DNA of 64,000 nt from contig NDHY01000001.1 of assembly GCA_003574845.1 (NCBI GenBank), forward strand, positions 9,043 to 73,042. Direction: 5' to 3'. Below are positions 1 through 9,554 of the stretch, piece by piece. The notes below the pieces were generated by a model. The model was not told where the DNA came from. It searched no databases and was given only the letters and a program-made list of their open reading frames with translations. The translations under genes and the position numbers were made by a program. The stretch's first letter is position 1, and the number at the start of each line of letters is the position of its first letter. This DNA comes from a candidate division NPL-UPA2 bacterium Unc8. GTDB taxonomy: Bacteria > NPL-UPA2.

Positions 1-259
1 ACCAAAAACCTGTTTTTTGCTTGAATAACACCACCGTTTTCCATAAATCTGCTTCCTCAGAGTTCCCCTCTAAAATCAGGTGTAAATGGTCTGGCATGAA
101 GATATATACCCAATTCTTGCAGGCATATTTATTTTTTGCTTCTATCAGAATTTCTAAAAACTTCTCAACTATTATTCTCTCGGTGAAAAGAACTCTCTTT
201 TCCTCAATGCAGAAAGTAAAATTTACCCTCACTTTTCCCTTATAGGAATTTAGAGGCAA
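1..259 (-). mobile_element. REP-associated tyrosine (HUH/Y1) transposase, RAYT-like; 5' part only, runs off window edge
   Basis: Manual translation of the minus strand gives RKHRLPLNSYKGKVRVNFTFCIEEKRVLF...WVYIFMPDHLHLILEG...FKQKTGFW, with the HUH motif MPDHLH. No upstream in-frame ATG (TTG at 259 or a downstream GTG possible). Not in the ORF track. Confidence 0.85.
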
Positions 260-1383
260 TCTGTGCTTTCTTTCTCTCGCAGGCTGAAGCCTGCGGCTAC
301 CATTTCTACTTTCCTTAGAGCTTTAATAAATTTCTCATTCTGCTCTTCGGTCCCCACCGTTACCCGGATAAAGTTAGGCAGGTTATACATCCTCATTGAC
401 CGAACGATGATGCCTTCTTTAATCAACCTCTCTGTAGCTTTATCTGCATTCATCCCAACATCAACTAAAACAAAATTAGCCTGCGAGGGAACGTAAGTAA
501 TCTTCATTCGGGTGAATTCCTGATAAAGAAATTCCTTTCCTTCACTGTTTGCGCGGCGGCTTTTTCTAACATGCTCTTTATCTTCTAATGCTGCCCGGGC
601 AGCTACCTGAGCAAGAGAGTTGACATTAAACGGCTGGCGCACTCTGTTCATTTCCCCGATGAACTTCTCTCCCGCAATGCCATATCCTATTCTCAAGCCT
701 GCCAATCCATAGACCTTAGAAAAAGTGCGCAGTGTAATCACATTCCTTCCATTTTTTACATAGTCAATAGTCTCAGGAAAATCATTGCAGTCAACGTACT
801 CGTAGTAAGCCTCATCAAAAATGACGACTACGTTCTCAGGAAGCCTCTTCATAAATGAAGCAACCTTGTCTGCGTTAACCATCGTTCCTGTAGGATTATT
901 TGGGTTGGCAATAAAGATAAGCTTTGTCCGCTCATTTATTGCCTGAGACATTGCCTCAAGGTCATGAGTGTAATTCTTAAGCGGTACCGAGACGCACTTT
1001 CCACTCATTACAACTGCAGCCAGACGATAAATAATAAACCCCGGTTCAGCAAATACTACCTCTTCGTCTTCATTAAGGAAGGTCTCCGTAATTATTCTGA
1101 TAATCTCATCGGAGCCATTGCCAAGAATGACATTTTCTTTCCTTACTTTCAGGTGCTCTGCCAGTAGATTTTTTAGATAATGAGCACCCCCATCAGGGTA
1201 AAGGTTTATTTTGCCCAGTGCGCTTTTTATCGCCGCCACTGCCCGCAAGGATGGTCCCAGGGCATTCTCATTTGATGCCATTTTCACAGCCTTTATTCCC
1301 AGCTCCCTTTCCACTTCCTCTATTGGCTTGCCAGGCTCATAAGGCTCAATGTTTTTTACTTCCCTTCTAACCAACTCATCCAT
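250..1383 (-). CDS. hisC: Histidinol-phosphate aminotransferase
   Basis: YEPGKPIEE, ASNEN, NPNNPTG, DEAYYEY and LRTFSKVYGLAGLRIGY (PLP lysine) motifs. ATG at 1383 is preferred over GTG at 1404. Confidence 0.93.
   Translation of the reverse strand: MDELVRREVKNIEPYEPGKPIEEVERELGIKAVKMASNENALGPSLRAVAAIKSALGKINLYPDGGAHYLKNLLAEHLKVRKENVILGNGSDEIIRIITETFLNEDEEVVFAEPGFIIYRLAAVVMSGKCVSVPLKNYTHDLEAMSQAINERTKLIFIANPNNPTGTMVNADKVASFMKRLPENVVVIFDEAYYEYVDCNDFPETIDYVKNGRNVITLRTFSKVYGLAGLRIGYGIAGEKFIGEMNRVRQPFNVNSLAQVAARAALEDKEHVRKSRRANSEGKEFLYQEFTRMKITYVPSQANFVLVDVGMNADKATERLIKEGIIVRSMRMYNLPNFIRVTVGTEEQNEKFIKALRKVEMVAAGFSLREKESTDCL
278..300 (-). repeat. GTAG-tagged REP palindrome (GTAGCCGCAGGC-TTCA-GCCTGCG)
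   Basis: GTAG tag followed by a 7-bp hairpin, directly upstream of the RAYT-like frame and inside the hisC 3' end (encodes VAAGFSLR). Confidence 0.85.
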
Positions 1384-1422
1384 CTCATATAATCCTCTTA
1401 TCACATCACCATTTGCTATTTG

Positions 1423-1764
1423 TCATTTCTTTATGCCTCTGTGCCTCTGTGCCTCTGTGCCTTTGTGCCTTTGTTTCTTTGTACCTTTTTCTTTATGCTT
1501 GCTGACTATCTCTTGCTGGAGCGAGAGCGAGGCAGACATAATTTGTTGATAGATGCCTTTTACAAGTTCATCCGAAAGAGGTCCTTTGTTTTTTTTAAGC
1601 AGACGCTGGCAAATTTCTTTTTCTCTCCCTGGAACATAATACTTTTTCTTCTTTTTTAACTTGATTCTTCCGATTTCAACGGCGGCTTCAGTTCTCTTAT
1701 TGAGCAGCTCAAGAATCCTGGCATCTATCTTATCAATCTGGTTGCGGAGCTCTCCTAAATTCAT
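1423..1764 (-). CDS. Chorismate mutase (AroQ domain only) with repeat-encoded basic tail
   Basis: LRNQIDKIDARILELLNKR...IGRIK...PGRE pattern. The C-terminus KGTKKQRHKGTEAQRHRG is encoded by GGCACA(G/A)A 8-mers. Confidence 0.85.
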   Translation of the reverse strand: MNLGELRNQIDKIDARILELLNKRTEAAVEIGRIKLKKKKKYYVPGREKEICQRLLKKNKGPLSDELVKGIYQQIMSASLSLQQEIVSKHKEKGTKKQRHKGTEAQRHRGIKK

Positions 1765-2762
1765 TGGCGAAAATAATCTATCTTCATTGCCTTACGAACG
1801 TGCTTCATTGTTTTTCCTGCCTCATCTCTTCCCTTTTTTGTCCCCCGAAGAAGAATCTCTGTAATAAATTCAGGGCAACCTTCATATTTTTTTCTTTCCT
1901 CCCGGATTGGCTCAAGAAACTTATTAAGTGCAACGGCAAGTTTCTTTTTGCAAGTTACACAACCAAGCTTTCCCGTAAGGCAAGCCTCACGCGTCTCTTC
2001 TACAACCCCTCTATCGTCATTAAAAATGGCTGCATAGATATGGACGGGACAGTTATCTGGATGACCTTTGTCTCCAAGGTGAATCTTGGTTGGGTCAGTA
2101 AACATTCCGCGCACTTTTCTCTCCACCACAGAGGAAGAATCTGAAAGGTAGATGGCATTACCGAGAGACTTGCTCATCTTCGTCTGACCATCAATTCCAA
2201 TAAGCCTTCCAACCTCTCCGATCAGCGCCTTTGGCTCAATAAGAACAGAGCCGTAAAGGTTATTGAACTTGCGAACAATTTCTCTTGTCTGCTCAATGAT
2301 AGGCAACTGGTCTTCCCCTACCGGGACCAGATGAGCGCGAAAGATGGCAATGTCAGCCGCCTGGGAGACAGGATAACCAAGAAAACCATGCATTATGTTT
2401 TGTCCATACCGCTTCTCTTCTGCTTCCGCTTTTGTAGTAGGATTGCGCCGAAGACTTGCTACAGTCGTAAACATGGAGAAATACATCGTTAATTCAGAAA
2501 GCTCTGGAATCATTGACTGAACACAGATTGTAACTACCTCGGGGTCAATTCCACAGGATAGATAATCCATTGTTACCTCAATTATATCCTGACGAAGATT
2601 CTCAGGGTTATTAAAATTAGTAGTAAGTGCCTGAATGTCGGCAATGAGAATAAATTCTTCATATTTATGCTGTAGTTTCACCCGCTCAGAGAGCGAACCC
2701 ACAAAATGCCCCAGATGCAACTTTCCCGTCGGTCTATCCCCTGTCAGAATTCTCTTTTTCAT
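1761..2762 (-). CDS. trpS: Tryptophanyl-tRNA synthetase
   Basis: TGDRPTGKLHLGH, YPVSQAADI, VPVGEDQ and KMSKS motifs. Confidence 0.96.
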   Translation of the reverse strand: MKKRILTGDRPTGKLHLGHFVGSLSERVKLQHKYEEFILIADIQALTTNFNNPENLRQDIIEVTMDYLSCGIDPEVVTICVQSMIPELSELTMYFSMFTTVASLRRNPTTKAEAEEKRYGQNIMHGFLGYPVSQAADIAIFRAHLVPVGEDQLPIIEQTREIVRKFNNLYGSVLIEPKALIGEVGRLIGIDGQTKMSKSLGNAIYLSDSSSVVERKVRGMFTDPTKIHLGDKGHPDNCPVHIYAAIFNDDRGVVEETREACLTGKLGCVTCKKKLAVALNKFLEPIREERKKYEGCPEFITEILLRGTKKGRDEAGKTMKHVRKAMKIDYFRQ

Positions 2763-2767
2763 TTTTA

Positions 2768-2842
2768 CACCAGTTACAAATTACAAACTCCCTGCCTGCG
2801 GCAGGCAGGTAAATCCTACCCTGAACTTGATTCAGGGCTAAA
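2768..2842. repeat. 75-bp composite repeat (second copy 28280-28354) with two nested palindromes
   Basis: 74/75 identical to 28280-28354. Contains CCTGCCTGCGGCAGGCAGG and CCCTGAACTTGATTCAGGG. Confidence 0.9.
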
Positions 2843-2961
2843 ACCTGAATTCAGCTTTAGTTACCACTTTGTTCCCTGAACTAATTCTGCCATAAACCTT
2901 ATCTGAAAGGCAAGCAATTCCTTTCTTTTATAGAGGGGTCACCCCCTGACAGATGACTCCC

Positions 2962-2991
2962 TTGACAAGAGCCCTGGAAGAGTGGTAGAAT
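2962..2991 (+). promoter_or_regulatory. Putative sigma70 promoter of mcsA-mcsB-clpC
   Basis: TTGACA-N18-TAGAAT with an extended -10 TG, 45 nt upstream of the ATG. Confidence 0.65.
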
Positions 2992-3036
2992 TTTTTTAAG
3001 ATTCAACAATTAACTATTTTTCGGGTAATTTATAAT

Positions 3037-3555
3037 ATGAAATGTGAAGTCTGCGGCAAAAACACTGCCACCGTTCACTATACGGAGATAATTAACGAGG
3101 AGCTCAGAGAGATGCATCTATGCGAGTGGTGTGCTCAGCAAAAAGAGGCACTGGGCAAGCCTCATTTTTTCACTGCTGAGTTTCTCTCCGGGCTATTTGA
3201 CGCATCACAGGTCTTTACGGAAAAACAGACAGAAAAATGCGCTCAATGCGGGTTTGGCCATAGTAATTTCCAGAAACTTGGTCGGCTTGGCTGCAGCGAA
3301 TGCTACCAAACATTTAAGGAGCAGATAACCCCTCTTCTTAAGCGAGTACATGGTAGTAGCCAACATGTAGGAAATGTCCCTTCTGCACACAAGGGGATTA
3401 TCAATGTTAGAAAGGATTTAAGCAGGCTGCGCCAGGAGCTTAAGACAGCAATCAGTGAGGAAAAATTTGAAGAAGCAGCGCGGCTCAGAGACAAAATCAA
3501 AGAAATAGAAAAAAACATTACCGCAACAGAGAAGTCTGACAATGAATCTCAATGA
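3037..3555 (+). CDS. mcsA: Protein-arginine kinase activator McsA (CxxC motifs + UVR domain)
   Basis: CEVC, CEWC, CAQC and GRLGCSECY motifs, C-terminal EKFEEAARLRDKI; lies upstream of mcsB-clpC. Confidence 0.92.
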   Translation: MKCEVCGKNTATVHYTEIINEELREMHLCEWCAQQKEALGKPHFFTAEFLSGLFDASQVFTEKQTEKCAQCGFGHSNFQKLGRLGCSECYQTFKEQITPLLKRVHGSSQHVGNVPSAHKGIINVRKDLSRLRQELKTAISEEKFEEAARLRDKIKEIEKNITATEKSDNESQ

Positions 3556-4591
3556 TCTAATTACCCAGACCAGTGAGTGGCTAAAAGGAACCGGAGCTCA
3601 CTCAGATATTGTTATCTCCAGTCGCATTCGGCTGGCGCGCAACCTAATAGGAGCAACTTTTAACTCCAGAGCAAGTGAGGAAAAGAGAAACGAAATTATT
3701 TCTCTGCTGCGTCCGGTAATTAAAAGCACAGACTCACTTCGAAATTCTTTGTGGATAGACATTGACAAACTGAGCCGCCTTGATCTCCAGTTTCTCATTG
3801 AAAGACATCTCATAAGCCATGAGCTTGCCGGAGGAGAGGGAGCAAGAGCAGCTATTATCAGCGAAATGGAAACTATTAGCTTGATGATTAATGAAGAAGA
3901 CCACCTCAGGTTACAGACAATCCAATCGGGATTGGCGCTAATGGATGCATGGAGAATTGTTAATAAAGTTGAAGGTGAACTTGCTGACCGAATCGGATTT
4001 GCTTTCTCTCAGGAATTTGGCTACCTCACCGCCTGCCCGACAAATGTTGGAACCGGAATGCGCGCTTCAGTAATGCTTCATCTCCCCTCTCTTGTCATCA
4101 CGCGCCAGATTGAAAAAATATCTCAGGCAGTGGCAAAGATTGGCTTCGTAGTCCGCGGATTTTATGGCGAAGGGACCGAACCAATAGGAGATTATTTTCA
4201 GATATCTAATCAGGTTACATTGGGACAGTCGGAAGAAGAAATCATCAGTAATATTGAACAGATAATTCATCAGATCATCGGACACGAAGAAAATGCCCGC
4301 CAGTTCCTGCTTACCAGGAGAAAAAAGCAGATTGAGGACAGGGTATTCAGGGCATACGGAACGCTCGCTTATGCCCGTCGCATTGACTCAAATGAGGCGA
4401 TAAAGCTACTTTCAACTCTTCGCCTTGGAATTGAACTGGACTTTATAAAAAACCTTGACCATCACATACTAAATGAGTTACTTATTGCTATTCAGCCAGC
4501 CCATCTTCAGAAATTGAACGGGAAAGCATTAACAGCAGTAGAGCGGGACATAAAAAGAGCGGAACTGATTAGAAAAAAGATAAAAAAATAA
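3542..4591 (+). CDS. mcsB: Protein-arginine kinase McsB
   Basis: ISSRIRLARN, INEEDHLR and GYLTACPTNVGTGMRASVMLHLP motifs. Confidence 0.95.
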   Translation: MNLNDLITQTSEWLKGTGAHSDIVISSRIRLARNLIGATFNSRASEEKRNEIISLLRPVIKSTDSLRNSLWIDIDKLSRLDLQFLIERHLISHELAGGEGARAAIISEMETISLMINEEDHLRLQTIQSGLALMDAWRIVNKVEGELADRIGFAFSQEFGYLTACPTNVGTGMRASVMLHLPSLVITRQIEKISQAVAKIGFVVRGFYGEGTEPIGDYFQISNQVTLGQSEEEIISNIEQIIHQIIGHEENARQFLLTRRKKQIEDRVFRAYGTLAYARRIDSNEAIKLLSTLRLGIELDFIKNLDHHILNELLIAIQPAHLQKLNGKALTAVERDIKRAELIRKKIKK

Positions 4592-4606
4592 ATTTCAGGA
4601 GAAAAA

Positions 4607-7030
4607 ATGTTTGACAGATTTACAGGAAGAGCAAGGCAGGTTATTGTTTTAGGACGTCAGGAAGCGAGTAAATTGAACCATGACTATATTGGAACAGAAC
4701 ACATTTTACTTGGTCTGCTCAAGATGGGAGATGGGCTGGCTATTGATATTTTAAGGAGCCTTGAGATTGACCCTGCCTCCCTTGATAAGGAGGTAAGGCG
4801 CGCAATCCAGCCTGGCCCGTCAACAGTCACAATGGGGGATATCCCATTTACCCCAAGGGCAAAAGAGGTGTTGGAACTGGCAATGGAGGAGGCACAGAGT
4901 TTAGGGCACAATTACATTGGAACCGAGCACCTTCTCCTGGGATTGCTCAGAGAGAAAGATGGGATTGCCGCACGCGTTCTGTCAGAGGTGGGGACCGACA
5001 TAGATAAAGTAAGGCAGAAAATGATGGAGCTTTTGGGAGGAGCAGTGCCCACCAGAGGCAAAGCCCCTTCAGGGAAAAAGACCAGAACACCTGCCCTTGA
5101 TGCCTTTGGCTCTGATTTGACGGAGCTGGCAAGAGAGGAGAAATTAGACCCTGTCGTTGGGCGCAAAGATGAGATTGAAAGAATAATTCAGATATTATGT
5201 CGCCGCACCAAGAATAATCCTGTCCTCTTAGGCGAGGCTGGCGTTGGCAAGACGGCGATTGTAGAAGGACTCGCGCAAAAAATAGCCTCCGGCAACATCC
5301 CTGAAGTATTGATGAATAAGCGGATAGTTGCCATTGACCTGGCTTTGATGGTAGCAGGAACAAAATATCGCGGTCAATTTGAGGAGAGAATAAAGGCGAC
5401 AATGGATGAAATACGTCGTTCAAAGAATGTAATTATCCTGATTGATGAGGTTCATATATTGGTAGGAGCAGGAGCTGCCGAGGGAGCAATTGATGCTTCA
5501 AACATAATGAAGCCGGCGCTTGCACGCGGAGAAATGCAGTGTATCGGGGCAACTACCCTTGACGAATATCGAAAGTACATTGAAAAAGATAGTGCCCTGG
5601 AGAGAAGGTTTCAAACGATAATCGTTGATCCGCCAAGTGTCGCCGAAACGATAGAAATATTGGAAGGTCTTAGAAGTAAATACGAGGCGCATCATCACGT
5701 TAAAATTACCGATCGTGCCCTCGTCACTGCTACACGGCTCACTGACCGCTACGTCAGCGGGCGATTTCTTCCTGATAAGGCGATTGATGCCATTGATGAA
5801 GCAGGAGCAAGGGCAATGCTCTCAGCTACCACTACTCCTCCAAATCTGAAGAAGGTAGAGAGCAAAATAGAAGCCGCGCGTAAAGAGAAGGAGGCTGCAA
5901 TCAGGGCGCAGGAATTTGAGAGTGCCGCAATTTTTCGCGATCGTGAACGAAATCTTCAAAAGACACTTGAGGCAACTAAGGACAGGTGGAAGGAGAAATT
6001 AAAAAAGAAAGAGCCAATCGTTGATGAAGCCATTGTTACCCAGGTTGTTGCTAAGATAACCGGTATTCCTCTCTCTCAGCTCAAAGAGAGTGAGATGGAA
6101 AAATTACTTAGAATGGAGGAAGAGCTCCATAAAAGAGTAATTGGACAGGATGAAGCATTGGCAGCTCTAACCAGGGCAGTCAAACGCTCTCGCTCTGGCC
6201 TGAAGGACCCCAAGCGACCAATTGGCTCATTTGTCTTTCTTGGTCCCACCGGAGTGGGCAAAACCGAGCTTGCCAGAACACTTGCCGAGTTTCTGTTTGG
6301 CAATGAGGAGGCAATGATTCGATTAGATATGTCTGAATACATGGAGCGATTTGCCGTCTCACGGCTGGTTGGTGCTCCCCCGGGATATGTTGGCTATGAA
6401 GAAGGTGGGCAATTGACAGAAAAAGTGAGGCGCCGCCCTTATTCAGTAATTCTTCTTGACGAAATTGAGAAGGCTCATCCTGATGTATTTAACATCCTGC
6501 TCCAGGTGATGGAGGATGGAAGGATGACAGACAGCCTGGGCAGAACGGTTGATTTCAAGAATACGGTTCTTATTATGACATCAAACATAGGTACTCCTAA
6601 GTTAGGTAAGACAATGGGATTTAGCTCATCGGACGATGAAGAAGGCTCCTATGAGGCAATGAAGGGAGAGCTTCTGGGAGAGATGAAGAAGATGTTTCGG
6701 CCCGAGTTCTTGAATCGAGTTGACGAAACGATTGTCTTTCGCTCTCTAACCAGAGAAGAACTTGAGAAGATAGTAGAGCTAATGCTTGATGAGGTACGGG
6801 CGCGCCTACAGCAAGAAAAAGAAGTCAAGCTTACTCTTACTAAAGATGCAAAGAACTTTCTTATTGACAAGGGATACGACCCCACCTTTGGAGCAAGGCC
6901 GCTCAAACGAGCAATTCAGCGCTACGTTGAGGACCCTCTTGCTGAAGAAATGCTCAAGGGAAATCTTAAAAAAGGAAAAGCTATTTGTGCAAAGGTTGAA
7001 AAAGGGAAACTCTCTTTTAATTTTAACTGA
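4607..7030 (+). CDS. clpC: ATP-dependent Clp protease ATPase ClpC
   Basis: Clp N repeats ([10 protein letters not shown]), GEAGVGKT and GPTGVGKT Walker A motifs, UVR middle domain. Confidence 0.96.
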   Translation: MFDRFTGRARQVIVLGRQEASKLNHDYIGTEHILLGLLKMGDGLAIDILRSLEIDPASLDKEVRRAIQPGPSTVTMGDIPFTPRAKEVLELAMEEAQSLGHNYIGTEHLLLGLLREKDGIAARVLSEVGTDIDKVRQKMMELLGGAVPTRGKAPSGKKTRTPALDAFGSDLTELAREEKLDPVVGRKDEIERIIQILCRRTKNNPVLLGEAGVGKTAIVEGLAQKIASGNIPEVLMNKRIVAIDLALMVAGTKYRGQFEERIKATMDEIRRSKNVIILIDEVHILVGAGAAEGAIDASNIMKPALARGEMQCIGATTLDEYRKYIEKDSALERRFQTIIVDPPSVAETIEILEGLRSKYEAHHHVKITDRALVTATRLTDRYVSGRFLPDKAIDAIDEAGARAMLSATTTPPNLKKVESKIEAARKEKEAAIRAQEFESAAIFRDRERNLQKTLEATKDRWKEKLKKKEPIVDEAIVTQVVAKITGIPLSQLKESEMEKLLRMEEELHKRVIGQDEALAALTRAVKRSRSGLKDPKRPIGSFVFLGPTGVGKTELARTLAEFLFGNEEAMIRLDMSEYMERFAVSRLVGAPPGYVGYEEGGQLTEKVRRRPYSVILLDEIEKAHPDVFNILLQVMEDGRMTDSLGRTVDFKNTVLIMTSNIGTPKLGKTMGFSSSDDEEGSYEAMKGELLGEMKKMFRPEFLNRVDETIVFRSLTREELEKIVELMLDEVRARLQQEKEVKLTLTKDAKNFLIDKGYDPTFGARPLKRAIQRYVEDPLAEEMLKGNLKKGKAICAKVEKGKLSFNFN

Positions 7031-7034
7031 TGTG

Positions 7035-9293
7035 ATGCAAACATATCTCATTAATGCTCATTCCCGTGTCAATAAAGCAAGCATTATAGCTTTTACCCTA
7101 TTATTAGGAATAGTGCCTATAGCAAGTGCCGCAGTTGAAGGCAATATAGTAACCGCCATAGAAGTAAGAGGCAACGTTCGCGTAGCCACCCTCATTATCT
7201 TAGCTCAACTCAAGACAAAAGTGGGCGAAGAGCACTCTCCTGCCATAATTCGCGACGACATTAGAAGGCTCTTTGCGCTTGGCTATTTCAGAGACATAAA
7301 AATAGAGGAGCTTCCTTATGAAGAAGGAAGAAAAATCATCTTTATTGTTACTGAGAAACCAGCTATCAGAGAAATTAACCTGAAGGGGACAAAAGCGCTC
7401 AGGAAAGGCTCCGTAAGAGAGATTTTAACATTAAAGACCGGAGATATATTCAGCGAACGACTCTTGAAAGAAGATGTAGACAGAATTATTACTCTCTACC
7501 GTGAGAAGGGACACCACCTGGTGGAAGTCAAGACTGATGTGAGAAGAATAGCAGATGAGATTGTCGTTGACTTCATCATCAATGAGGGGGTAGCAGCGCG
7601 GGTCAGGAAAATTGAGATTAAAGGAAACGAGCTGGTCTCAGAAAGAAAGATTAAGAGGGTAATGGCAACGCGGGTTCACCGGTTCCTGCAGCCAGGTGTG
7701 TTTAGAGATGACCTGTTTAATGATGACTCCTTAAGAATTATTACCCTTTACAGGGACGAGGGGTTTCTGCAGGCAAGAATCGTTGACACCGAAATTCGTT
7801 TTGAGAATAAAGGAAGGTGGGCATACCTAACCATAGAGGTAGAGGAAGGCCACAGATTTAGCACCGGGGAGGTTGCTATTTATGGAAATCTCCTGTTCTC
7901 AGATGAAGAATTGATGGGCCTGCTTCAGTTGCGCACCAACGACACTTTTAGCCCGGCCGGGCTATCTCGGGACAGAGGAAGGATTGAGAGTCGTTATGCT
8001 GAACATGGTCATATATTTGCCAGGGCAGAAATAGAAATACGTCTGGATGAAGAAAGAAAAGAAGTAAATATCATATATCACATTACCGAAGGAGCTCTCA
8101 TCCACGTAGAAAAAATAGATATCAGGGGAAATAAGACCACAAGAGACGATGTCATAAGACGGGAATTAACCATTAAGCCCGGGGATGTATTTAATCGGCG
8201 TGAGGTTGAGCGCAGTCGCCTGAGAGTTCATGGCTTAGGCTTTTTCTATATGGTAAATTGGTGGACAACTGAGGGCAGCGCCACCGACAGAAAAAATCTC
8301 ATATTTGAAGTTGAAGAGAGAAAAACAGGAACTCTTCTCTTCGGCATTAGTTATGGGGGGGGCGGGCTTGGAGGAATGATCAGCGTATCGCAAGATAATT
8401 TTGACATTACCAATCCCCCCACCTTTACCGGTGGCGGTCAAAGGATGAAGTTAGAAGCAGACATTGGAAGAAAGCGAACTCGCTATAACCTGAGCTTCAC
8501 CGAGCCCTGGCTGTTTGACCGTCCGATGCTGTTCGGGTTTGACATTCATAGCGCTACGAGGGACTGGACATTTCACACAGAGGAGAGGGCAGGGTGGCAG
8601 TTGCGGCTTGGCCACTCTCTTGGAGAGTTCCTCTATGGAACAGTTGCCTATGAGCATGAGGATGTAACGATTGCTGATGTAAAAGCCGGAGCGCCGCCAC
8701 ACATTCTGGCGACAAAAGGAACATTCACTACCAATAGCTTAATTCTCGGGCTTGTTGATGACCAGAGAAACATGCCGGTTCACCCCACCAGTGGTCACCG
8801 CAGCAGCATCACCGCTGAGATTGCCGGAGGAATGCTTGGGGGTAATGTTGAATTTAATAAATATACTGGAGAGACAAGATGGTTTTTCACTCCTTTTGAG
8901 GAATTGGAGCGGCTTGTTCTTGACCTGAGACTCAGGGGCGGTTTTGTTACTGATGATGCTCCTTTTTTTGAACGTTTCTTTCTCGGGGGCGTTCATACTG
9001 TTCGCGGTTATCCTGAACGCGGCCTTGGTCCTGTGGACGGCACAGGAGAGCCATTGGGAGGGGATGAAATGCTTATCTTTAATGCTGAGCTTACATATCC
9101 GTTAGTTCGGGATATAAGGTTAGCTGCTTTTCTTGATGCCGGGTATCTCAGGGCAGAGAACCACGGCAGTTTCTCTGGCATAGGCATCGGAGTAGGGTTG
9201 GGGTTGAACACGCCAATTGGTCCGGTTCGCCTTGACTATGGATATTCAATTGAGCGCGAGAGAGGAGAACTGTATTTCACAATGGGATGGTAA
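7035..9293 (+). CDS. bamA: Outer membrane protein assembly factor BamA
   Basis: Signal peptide, POTRA repeats (IDIRGNKTTRDDVIRRE), VRGY and TPIGPVRLDYG motifs, terminal W. Start re-set from 6786 to the ATG just after the clpC stop. Confidence 0.9.
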   Translation: MQTYLINAHSRVNKASIIAFTLLLGIVPIASAAVEGNIVTAIEVRGNVRVATLIILAQLKTKVGEEHSPAIIRDDIRRLFALGYFRDIKIEELPYEEGRKIIFIVTEKPAIREINLKGTKALRKGSVREILTLKTGDIFSERLLKEDVDRIITLYREKGHHLVEVKTDVRRIADEIVVDFIINEGVAARVRKIEIKGNELVSERKIKRVMATRVHRFLQPGVFRDDLFNDDSLRIITLYRDEGFLQARIVDTEIRFENKGRWAYLTIEVEEGHRFSTGEVAIYGNLLFSDEELMGLLQLRTNDTFSPAGLSRDRGRIESRYAEHGHIFARAEIEIRLDEERKEVNIIYHITEGALIHVEKIDIRGNKTTRDDVIRRELTIKPGDVFNRREVERSRLRVHGLGFFYMVNWWTTEGSATDRKNLIFEVEERKTGTLLFGISYGGGGLGGMISVSQDNFDITNPPTFTGGGQRMKLEADIGRKRTRYNLSFTEPWLFDRPMLFGFDIHSATRDWTFHTEERAGWQLRLGHSLGEFLYGTVAYEHEDVTIADVKAGAPPHILATKGTFTTNSLILGLVDDQRNMPVHPTSGHRSSITAEIAGGMLGGNVEFNKYTGETRWFFTPFEELERLVLDLRLRGGFVTDDAPFFERFFLGGVHTVRGYPERGLGPVDGTGEPLGGDEMLIFNAELTYPLVRDIRLAAFLDAGYLRAENHGSFSGIGIGVGLGLNTPIGPVRLDYGYSIERERGELYFTMGW

Positions 9294-9300
9294 GAATAAA

Positions 9301-9540
9301 GGACAGAGGCACAGAGGCACAAAGGCACAAAGTGCGAAACTCTAAATACGAAACTCGAAACTCGAAACAAAATCAAAATTCAAAATTACAATGCAAAGCT
9401 TGTGCTGAATTTATTTCAGTATGCAAAATACAGTGATTGGTAATTGGTAATTGGTAATTGGGTCATTGAAAATTAATTGAAAATTAGAAATTGGAAATTG
9501 GAAATTGGAAGGCTGAAAGCTGAGAGCTGAGAGCTATTAG
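9301..9540. repeat. Modular 8-mer/7-mer tandem repeat spacer
   Basis: Successive blocks GGCACA(G/A)A, GAAACTC, TAATTGG, GAAATTG and GCTGA(A/G)A. Confidence 0.9.
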
Positions 9541-9554
9541 AAAGGGACAGAGTA

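Noticed and set aside
2945-2967. CtsR box upstream of mcsA (three TGAC words)
   Set aside because: Spacing and flanks do not match the CtsR direct heptad repeat, and no ctsR is in the window.
6786-7034. 83-aa N-terminal extension of BamA in the ORF track
   Set aside because: It overlaps clpC in another frame; the signal peptide starts after the clpC stop.
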